Shown here in pieces: positions 51,601 to 61,876 of a stretch of DNA of 64,000 bases (positions within the stretch are counted from its first letter, which is position 1; each line of letters starts with the position of its first letter). Below the pieces are notes generated by a model, which was not told the origin of the DNA, did not search any database, and was given only the letters and a program-made list of their open reading frames with translations. The position numbers and the translations under genes are program-made. The DNA is from Botryllus schlosseri. Its lineage: Eukaryota. Location of the stretch: positions 13,764,001 to 13,828,000 of the forward strand of contig CM119381.1 in assembly GCA_051294905.1 (NCBI GenBank), written 5' to 3'.

Positions 51601-53069
51601 TGGGAGTACTTACGCATCGTCACTCCAAAGATACCGCAGCGTATGCGCCATAATAAGCCGACTCGATGGCTTTATACCGCACTAAAAGCGAGAGTTGCGA
51701 CGTTTACGTTATTTTTACTCTCGGAAGCATGATGCGGTCCAACGCTGAATCGTTACGGATAACGGACGCTATTTCGCATTCACAGAAATCGTACGAGATA
51801 GGGTGACATTCCGAGCCCCTGGATTACATCATCTAAATACTATTACGCAAATATCGCGTGGGTATCGCTAACCCTAATGTCCCTTTCTCGCGTTGATAGG
51901 AAATGTACCTGTTTTATACGCGGGCGTCCATTCGTGATCACTATTTAAATTATTGCTTACAGTCCTTACAGCGTGTTAATGTTGAGTTTGTTCCGCTGTA
52001 TAGTCGATTTCGATTCCTTTCTCCTAAAAAACGAACAATTACAATAAATTTGGTGCAAAACATAGATATTGTGTTGCAATCATTCGCTGTGACAAACACA
52101 ACCCTCGTATAGCAATCTGAGAAACCAAGCTTCCAATTTGTCAATATTTTTTAAATACTTCATCCATGTTTATAGCGACCACCTACAATTTTATATTAAC
52201 TCACAAGCTACGACCTCGTAGTGAAGGTTATGAAACAATACGGGTAAGGAAAGAACACAGTACGAAAAACTATGAACTATGATTGAAATGGCGACACCCT
52301 ATTTTGTCGAACGTTGCCCAACTCCATATAAAAATAGTGAAAGATACTTTGCACATGAAAAATTTCCGATATCACCCCACATACCAGTACTCATCGTAGA
52401 TTTTATGTGAAATTGCTGTTGTCGGTGTGGTCGTAACCTATATATCACATTGTGGATGGCACGGTAATTGTGTAGCATGTGTTTTATGCGTAGTGTATTA
52501 TATAAAATATGAGTTTTGTTTGCTTCTAAACCGAATTTGACGAAGAAAACATTATTGCTTAACATGGGATTCGTTGATATTAATGATATCCGTGACCATA
52601 CCATTTCTGTACACAATTTCAACTAGAATTTAACAATCCGAAGTCAAATCCAGCTGTTGGTTCTGCAAAAGCACGTTTTGATACGTATGTTTTAGAACAA
52701 AAGTTCCATTGAACATCATGCTAGAATTGTTTTGACTGTACGGGAGTTCACCTCTGCAGCCAGTTCATCGAAACTTGAGATCGAAACTGCGCAATTACGC
52801 GACACAATACCTGAAATGTTACGCTTGCGTGATTGTCTGTAGGGGTCAAATGCCTATCTCTCGAGATGGGGTGACATCGACTTACAGTAAGGAATGCTAA
52901 CTATTTTACCGGAATCAACACGCGAGTTTTCGTAGGAAGAGTGTCACGAGGGCGACGTAAATGACTATTTACGCCACAACTATATAACGGGCCTACAATA
53001 CGAATTGCCTTCTATTTCACGTTGATACCGAACCCAACTGAAGTGGTACCTAAGCCCGCAACATATAAG

Positions 53070-53350
53070 CAGAGGTGGTCAGTAACCAAGTACTTCTACT
53101 TTTTCGAAGTAATCAAGCAGTTTTTGCCAACTGGCGCTACGCACTTAAAGTGGTTATAATTTTAGTCTACTTCTACTTTTACTTCACAACTGCCAGTTTT
53201 TTAAGCAAAAGTAAGTGTTCAGTACTTACTTTCTTTCTTACTTAATTGGAAGTCGCTACTTCGCTAATTGCTAGTTTTACATCAGCAGAAATTAAAACGT
53301 TAATTCTACCTCTACATTAGTACCAATTATGACTACCTTGCTCATCTCTG
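53070..53350. mobile_element. MITE with AAGTA/TACTT repeats
   Basis: Ends cagaggtggtcagta / taccttgctcatctctg, dense tactt/aagta motifs; no TSD found. Confidence 0.6.
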
Positions 53351-55203
53351 TAGATATTATGGACTTCCTAATTATCTGAATTCAAAATTTCAGAAGAATC
53401 AGAGGGTTTTTCCGGCTTTCTTCCTCAATGCCTGGCACAGATTTTCGTGAACCCATGCATATGCAACCTCCCGTGACCCATATAGATACGCGACCTTTGC
53501 ACATGCGGTGGCGAGATGCGTAGTGTATAGGTCGACTTCAAAGTTCGAAGTCCCTTACTACGTGTTGGACTTTTATCTATCTGATCCTCATTGCCAACCG
53601 ATTCGTAAGCGGCTTCATACAAAAGATTAGAACAATTTAGTGGGCCGTGCTAGTCGGTGGCTCAGGATTCGTAATTAAGAATACAGCCCTGTTGTAAAAT
53701 GACAAATTGACCATTGATGTCGAACCGCCATGATGAACACTACAACAACGACACAAGTGTTGTACAATAAAACGAACTGTGCTTGGCATTGTGCTCTGCG
53801 CCCTCTGTCATTCGCTGAAAGGATTTATCGTGTCTATGACTAAGGACAAATCGTGCTTTATCTTTATTGACAATGGTTATATTTGCATTAGCAATCCATG
53901 CTATCCAACACCGCATGCTCGTCCCGACTCAGGACAGCTCACAATTTGTCACCCCGTCGGTGAACCTATAAAACAATCAGCAATAAATTTCATGTAAAGA
54001 ACATTCTCTTGTTTGGTCGATTCGTTTCAATATTTTCACATTTCAATCACCATATTTGCCGAATTCGGGTATGTGACGCTACAATCTCGTACGAACCCAG
54101 GATTAGCCGCGTACGTTCATTCTTCACTCTCGCGCGTTATAATTCGTCGCGAAAGATGTCTCAGAGTCCGCGTATAACCCGCACTGTTGCATTCCGCTTC
54201 GAAAATGGAACTACACGCCCATATTACGCCTTGGACTTGACGTATCAAACTCAGCCGCGAGGTATGAACCAGTGGCTGCACGCGCGCTACTTGAGGTTTA
54301 CCATATATAAATCAAGGAGCAAGAAATCAAAGTGGAAGCACAACCGTGAGAATTTCGCAAATATCCTTTGATTACTCCGCCGCAGCAACATTCCGCGTGA
54401 ATCACAAATGTCGCTGATTGGTGTGAAAATGAAACACACACTGTCCGCAGACGTCAATCTGGACTTTGACTGTATTCGCGAATCGACCATCTTACATTTA
54501 CCTTAGTACGGCACTTGCAGTACTACTGGTAAAATTTGAAAGTGTAAAAATCAATCATTGGGACGATCTTGAACAATACCCTGCCAAATTTATTTTATTC
54601 CAATACGATGATTCTTGACCTCTACCAACTGTGGAACACATGCGCTAATCTGCATGCCTTCGCGTAACCCCAAGTTCACGCTTAGTCATAAAAAGAAAAA
54701 TCAACCGCAATATACAACTAACTCCACGTCTAATACGTTGCTATAGAGATTGCTGCTGCACAAATGAACTGTGCATCAACACATTCTTGAAGAATCAAAA
54801 CCATTAAAGTATAATTTTCTCACAAATCGAAAATCTTACAATGAATATTTATTGTCAATCACTGTGACATCTGTTGTTTCTTTTCAGATTCCAGTTCCGA
54901 CATGCAAGGCTTTAGTTTGGAAAGTGTCATCGTACTGTTCGGGCGAAACACAACAGCGCGATACCCTTCGCTTAATTGTAAATTAGCTAATATATGTTGG
55001 AGATAGAATCGGCATTTCAGAAGTCCGAGGCTTCGATTTCAAACCGCAACCACCACTGTGCACGTCATTGCACAATGCACACGACATACCACCACATCAG
55101 TCACAATTCAACTACTGATCGGGCCAAATTACCAGCAACCAATAATGGCCAAGACGGTCGTATCATCACAAATCATACGTATAAGTTGAATGTACGTTTT
55201 GAC

Positions 55204-55336
55204 CAGGGCTTTGGAGCAGCCGTAAATTGAAACTGCTCCAGCTCCGGCGCTTTCTTCTATCATACATTAGCTCCGGCTCCAGCTCCGAAGCCGCATTATT
55301 ACCACTGCTCCGGCTCCAGCTCCGGCTCCTGCTCTG
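55204..55336. mobile_element. Short GGAGCC/GGCTCC-repeat MITE (second copy end at ~61455-61557)
   Basis: cagggctttggagc at 55204 is the reverse complement of gctccaaagccctg at ~61544-61557; both carry (GGCTCC)n arrays. Confidence 0.7.
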
Positions 55337-55362
55337 AAATTATCGAATGGGCATGTCTATAC

Positions 55363-56052
55363 CAGGGGTGGCCAACCCGCGGGCCAAATGTGGCCTGCGA
55401 GAGGGTTTTTCATAGCCCGCGAGGTAATTTCCTATTATATTATCGAAAATGAATTGCTCAAATTGTGAACTTGCAATGCCAACCAAAAATTACAAGTCTG
55501 GCTGCGACACTTGGGATGTTGATGACTATTAAAATATCAGTTCCGACGCATTGGCAGATCCAGGGTCCAGTCACAGTTTCAGTAAATCGTCGTACATAAC
55601 AATAAACTAAAATAGTAGTAAAATTTTTCTTCACGCCTCGCGTGTTTAATTGTCACACGATTTCTTGCTTGGTAGCCTACCCCCTACTGAAAATGTAAAA
55701 AACGCCTAATTCACCCCACCGAGTCTAACTGTATTCGCAATCACGGGAGAAAGTATTTTCGCGTTTGCGCTCGCATCAAAATCGTCGACGGTGAAATGTA
55801 GGCATAAAATGATCGTCGCATATTGTCGGAGACCTTCGATATCGATGTGACCAGACGCCGAATAGTCGTGTCCTTGCAAACTGAGACTAGCGGGCGGTAT
55901 ACATCAGACCCGCAATATACTCAAGTAATATTATTATTGACCTAGTTTATTTATGAACTTTGAAAATTTTACCCGCTTGGCGCGACTAGTGGACCGCAAA
56001 CTCGTTCGTCAATTGTATGTGCCCCTTTAGCCGAAAAGGTTGGCCATTCCTG
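55363..56052. mobile_element. hAT (Buster-type) MITE
   Basis: caggggtggccaacc / ggttggccattcctg; TSD gtctatac / gtctatat (7/8). Confidence 0.88.
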
Positions 56053-56106
56053 GTCTATATAGATTACTAATCTACCCATAGGTTAGTTATCTATAGTAAT
56101 CTAGAG

Positions 56107-58736
56107 CAGTGGTTCTCAACCGCCGGTCCGCGGACCGGTGCCGGTCCGCGAGGTATATTACAATTTTATACTTTAATTTCAAGATGCAATGTTGAAGGCT
56201 TGTCCTTTGATAAAATAAATATAACATCAAATTTTAAACTGATTCAAAATTTCGTGAGGTAACATTAGGGCTTGAAACATGTTCGATTTGACTTAAAGTT
56301 CAAGACATTTCATTTGACGACATGCGAGCGACAAATACAGAACAGATACGAGCTCACTCATCGATAGACAGCGCAGTTTGATCATTGGTTTTCGATTCGT
56401 TTATTTTGTGCAGGACCGTAACTGGGGCACCCCAAACCGCCCTATTGGAGCGGGGCCGAGCTTGAAAAGGACCCAAAATTATTTCGAAAATGAGCATAAA
56501 TCATAGTGTTTTATTTGAAACTTTTTCCAACATTTTTCAATTTCTTTTGGGGCATTGCACGATTTGGTGTCCCTAAATGTCTTGCTTATTAGGTGCCCTT
56601 CTCCGAGAAATACGCATGATTTATATGCCTTTCGGCGTCAGCCATTACCACACCACGACGTATCCACACATAATGAAGTTTAGGTTAACATATGGGACTC
56701 CGAAATTTGGGCCAAAAATTTGGCCGCGAGAAAACCGCTTCAGTCGTGAATGATCGAAAATTTTTGCTATTGTCGCGCAAAGCTACGTAAACTCTCTACT
56801 TACGCTGAGTAGAATGGATGTGATCACAAGTACAGGTGAAAACATCCATCCAAGTATAGGGTCTGGGGACGAAGCCCCCGGAAGTTTGGCTTATCGCCAT
56901 GTGGGGGCCCCAAGACCAACGTTTTTGGGGGTTGGCTGACGAAGTGCTTTTTCGGCCCGGATTTGCGGATAGCCGGTATAGCTGCTGTAATGTGTTTTCT
57001 TGCAGCACGCATGGTATTCGTAGTTGCCAGAGTATAGCCTGCGTCTGGTGGCAGTGGGCAATCAACAAGGTAGCACGACAAGGTGCTTGGTTCGACTCCG
57101 ATACGCTTCTTCTCTTGATATAGTCAAAGAGATGAATATTATTTGAGTTGGCGTGGCCGTTTAAACCCACGGCCTTCGGCGCGAAAGACTGTAAACGACT
57201 CTCGGCGGTAGCACGTTTATCTGGACAAGGCAATTTGACCTCGACTCAGCATACTCATGCACTATACCATAAAATCGCATGGATTCCATCTTGAATATAA
57301 TTAAATACGATGAAAACCCTCTAAATGTCACTCGCTAGCATCACATAATTGCAAAAAACGGTTGCATGCTTTACATTTTGGCTTCATTTCAATATTTGAC
57401 AGTTCACCGGTCCGTCCGGTCCCTAGGGCCTAGGGTGTACCAAAATTTTAAAAGGGTGTACCACTCACATGGGGTGTACAGGGGTGTACCAGATCTGAAT
57501 TAAAATGGACCGATGACTATATAGGTATCTCAATAAATAGGCAGTGGTATGGTTCAGAACATCAATATGTTGACCGGGCGTGCATTATCGAAAAATATAT
57601 TCAATTTTTCGTATCAGCTGTACGAGCTTGTACGCTATATTCCTTTTGGTGTATCATAAGCATATGTCTGTGCACATCACTTAAATGTTGGTATGGACTT
57701 TTTGATTCCTTTTGGAGTAGAAAAGGATGGAGATGACATGTGTTCCGCTTGCAATATCCGTCTATAATGGTGCGTGAGTAAACCACTGCGACGGTTCAGA
57801 AATATTGAATAAGTACTTTCTGTGAGCTCCTTATAAATAGCGCAGTGCACACCATTAGGCTACAGGGGCGTGGTCAGGGTGTCTCGAGGGGGTCTAGTTT
57901 GAGAACCCCTGTGCTAGCTGGTGGTCCGGATCCTCGACCCCTGATTAGTATTTAGCATTTCTAATACGCTGCAGCATTGTTGATCCTTATTTCAACAGGC
58001 CAGCACCAGCAGACATACGGTCGCATGCAGCCGTTAAACAATATTTATGCAAAACATATTAATTAAATTAGAGCGTGTTTTGGCGTCCGTTAATATGAAA
58101 CTTTGAATTAACGAATAGGTTCTCAAATCTTTGAGAGATTTCAAACTTGAAAATTTTATTCACGCTTGCGCGATTCGGGGAGGAAGAAGTGCTGTTTTTC
58201 AGTTCTGTGGAGCTTCAAAAGGGGGCGATGAGTCGAAAAAGGTTGGGAACCACTGGCCTAAACCTTCATATGTCTTGGAGCGTCGTGGCGCGGTAATGGC
58301 CGACAGCGAAATTTCCATTGCTATTAATCTTGCATATTTTTTGTTGGGGAAGGCTACCCAATAATCAAGAGATTTGACATTAAATCGAGCGTAGGACGAA
58401 AAAAATTGAATGAAGTTGAACAATTTTTTAAAAATATACTCGATAACATATGTTTATTCAAGAAATAATTTTGGAACCCCTTCGAGCTCGCCCCCCTCCC
58501 AATCGACGGGTTTGGGGTGCGGCAGTCAGAGTCCTGATTATATGACGTCCAGATGGGTCATTACGACTCTGCGCCGGAATGCGGTAGTATGCTATGTAAG
58601 GAATCGAAGCACGGCCGTGAATAACAACGAGGTTGAACTTATTACACGGAATCAGTGAGTTATCTGGCCAGGGGTGTACCAGTTTCAAGTAAACCTTAAA
58701 AGGGTGTACCACGACGAAAAAGGTTGAAGAGCACTG
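56107..58736. mobile_element. Composite non-autonomous hAT element with nested insertions
   Basis: cagtggttctcaacc / ggttgaagagcactg; TSD atctagag / ttctaaag (6/8); GGGTGTACC motifs at ~57435-57490 and 58672-58710. End pairing is tentative because several other TIR ends lie inside (57913, 58255). Confidence 0.6.
56411..58536. mobile_element. Element with CAGGACCGTAACTG TIRs; right-end copies also at ~1605-1703 and ~21338-21601, interior fragments at ~1270-1360 and ~28640-28740
   Basis: caggaccgtaactg / cagtcagagtcctg; TSD attttgtg / attatatg (6/8). The block ttattcaagaaataattttgg..cttcgagctcgcccccc..gggtttggggtgc recurs three times. Confidence 0.65.
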
Positions 58737-58749
58737 TTCTAAAGCATTA

Positions 58750-61331
58750 ATGGACAGCGTTCATAAGTTTGTAGTTGCTGGTTTTTGTGAGAATATCTAT
58801 CTTCCAGCGGCGCAAGTAAATCCCTTCATGGAGCGTGCATTACATTCGCTGCTAAGTCGGTATATGCCACTGTAAACCCTTCCACCAAAGAACCGAACTC
58901 TCTGTTTCAATGCGTGAGCGAGCAACTATAAAATTACGGCAACTTCTTGGTTACAGAGGCCATTATCAGTTTGAGCTCTCAGTGATATGAGAAGTCATGC
59001 GTTCGGGGTCACTTCTGAGCAAACCTATCAACCCTTCTCCTTTCCTTCCATGGCTGGAGCCCTGCACCAATAGTTACAGAAGTCAGCTTTGTCACGTTGA
59101 TGTTTTTACTGGTACCGTCCCCACATTTGCTCCGTCAACATTTCCTCTGGAAATATGTCCAGTCTGATAAAATTTACCCGGATAATTAGCTATGCCAAGG
59201 GTCGGCAACCTACGGCCCGCGGGCCGGATCCGGCCCGCCAAGCGAAATCGTCCGGCCCGCGACATGATAATTAGTTATCACAAGAATACGGCCCGCCACT
59301 TCATAATGAGTTTCAATCTGCAGTGCAGCGCTGCATGAAAAAAATGCGGCATTGCTACGATATAATAGTAGCCTACATCGTATTAGTCTATTGTTACGCC
59401 ATAAAACGAAGGTGGTTGAAGTAGGAGATGGAGATAGACTAGACTGGATCAGTGCTTATCAATCGGGTGTATCTCGCAACCGAAGGTGTTCCATACTTTT
59501 TAAAGGGCTGATCACTCTAACGGGGTGTGACAATAAAGGTGTTCTTCCTTAGCTTCAAAAGCGCTTGGAGCATCTCAGACGCAATGACGGAATCTCAAAC
59601 TATTAAATTATAGATAACTAGCCTCCGTATGTTAGTTAGCCTGTCTATAGTTTGATTTTCCAGAAGGCATTGTGTGCCAAGACAAAAAACCTGAATAGTG
59701 TTTTGGCCACAATGGTGAAAACTGTTAATATGATTTTTGTCTCATCAACTGTATCAGTTACGCCATATATCACTAGATGCAGAGAATCAATATGGCGATG
59801 TCATGTATATCTGTCATGTTCGCTCATTGAGTCGAGCAGCTATGCTTACACGAGTGTATGATCTGCGAAATGAAATAGCAACTTTCCTCGAAAATACAAA
59901 TATCGCCGACTCATAATCTTGTAATCGAAAATGGGTATCTCATCTTGCTTTCCTGGTACATTTAACGTCACATCTGAACAAATTGAACTTGCAACTTCAG
60001 GGGGAAAACAACTACATACATGAGATGTTGAGGCGCATTCAAAACAAATCTGTGACTCTGGAAATGTCAACAGTACAACGAAAATTATGCTCGCTTTCCT
60101 ATACTGGAGGAGAGAAAACCTAGTACCAACACTACATTTGTAACTGTGATACGAAATTTAACTACTGAATATTCACCCGCTTTTTCGACATTGCTTGTCT
60201 ACAAAATGAATTCTGACTATTCAGTACTCTGTTTAATATGGACGCCAATACCATTGCCTGAAAATTTCAAATGGGCCTTTCTGAAATGCGATGCAGTTGA
60301 ATTGAATGACAAATTTCATACAAAGAGCATATCGCTGCATGACTTTGACAAAGAGTACGTTCTTGAAATTGGTCTTTATCCCAGCTTGACCAGCAATGCA
60401 AAAAAATTGCATCGATTTTTGAAAGCACGTACGCATGTCAACAATAGTTTTGAGCAATGAAATTCACGAAGATCAAGCTAAGATCACGTATTTCGGACGT
60501 CCATTTTGAATAGGGTCTGGTTCTTGTTTCATCTGACTTGTTACCAGAAGTTGAAAACCTTTCACAAAGCAAGCTGCGTCAATTGTCACAATTATTCTGT
60601 GTCGTTGAAGTGTAAATACATGTGTCTTCGGATTGGTATGATTGAGATTGCAGCAATGTAGGATAATATACCGAAGTGAGCGTAAAATATAGTACTAAGA
60701 AAAAATCCGGCCCGCCGAAAGGTTGTACACCCGAAATTTGGCCCGCGACTAGCAAAAGGTTGCCGACCCCTCAGCAATGCAATGTGTGTGAAGTCGGTGG
60801 ATTCGTCCAATGCTAGGCTGAAGTAGTCTACGAGGCAACGTGTTTCAGAACATGCGATAAAAGATCGACTGACATTGCTGTTACTCTTCTGGTGACGGTT
60901 AAATCAGACAACTGTAGCCTCGAAATTTGTTGGCCTTGCTGCTAAATTCCGGAAACAGCGAATATTCGCACAGTACGTTAAATTTTTATTGAAGTCACAT
61001 ATTGTCTAGCAGATTCTTGGGTTTAGCGATATTTCAAGCAATTTTGAACAATGCATCTGTAACGTCGTCGTCAATATTAACAATGCATGGAAATATGGAT
61101 TGCTGGGCTTTTGACACCTAGTAACATTTTCTCTAAGATCAGGTTATACGTATAACTCCAGAAGAAACTATCGTGGTATCATTTTATGCTTCCACGCTTC
61201 GTTACAACAACTGTTCTTCGACAAATATGACACATCGGTCTTCAATAACAATACCGTTCCAGTAGTAATTGCGTTCATAATGAAAGATGTCGCAGGCCGT
61301 AAAATAATAGTCTGCGGTTTGAGAACCCCTG
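58750..61331 (-). mobile_element. Older Buster/Charlie-type hAT transposase remnant, split by the 59196-60772 insertion
   Basis: DYFSLALDESTDFTHIALL at ~60773-60830 rejoins across the TSD to IIRVNF...EEMLT, then (T)(D)GAPAMEGKEKGLIGLL (~59030-59080) and LWWK...DLAA (~58860-58890). TIR-like end ggtttgagaacccctg at 61316-61331. Confidence 0.82.
59196..60772 (+). mobile_element. Defective hAT (Buster/Charlie-type) transposon with decayed transposase
   Basis: TIRs caagggtcggcaacct / aggttgccgacccctc; TSD agctatgc / agcaatgc (7/8). Transposase remnants: ATEGVP, LIFQKALCAKTKNLNSVLATMVKTVNMI, RSLSRAAMLTRVYDLRNEI, WVSHLAFLVHLTSHLNKLNLQLQG, AMKFTKIKLRSRISD. Confidence 0.92.
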
Positions 61332-61876
61332 CTCTATGCCATTGCTGTGCACAGCATTAAAATTCAAGCCTGCTGTTCAATTATGATAAATCAGCAGATG
61401 TGGTTTTGCATATATAATAGCATCTTATGAAATACGTCGGAGCCTCAAATAACGGGCTCCAGCTCCGGCTCCGGCTCTGGCTCCGGCTCCGGCTCCAGCT
61501 CCAGTGAAAATGCACGGCTCCGGGGCTCCGGCTCCGGGCTCCGGCTCCAAAGCCCTGGTTTTGACCTCCATGAAACCCCTGAAACTGACTAACTGTACCG
61601 ATAGTGTTCCTGGGAACGCCGGTAATGAACCACTGTTCCAATATATTTTTGACATAGCTACAGCGCGCATACGAGCTCTCCGAGCAGTCGTCGAAATAAT
61701 AAAGAACTGTGCGATATATACGGATGTCATACCACTGAGTCGTTTTTCGAATGCCGGAGATCGGAAATCCGCACGCTGTCAATGTCATAAGCATACTTTC
61801 GACATTTTAGATGGAATATTTGGGCAATATATAGCGTATACCAATGGAACGAACCGTGTACATATCGCCATATACA

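Noticed and set aside
54009-54371. 120-aa Arg-rich ORF in a CpG-rich block
   Set aside because: TTG start, no recognisable domain; composition is explained by local CpG richness.
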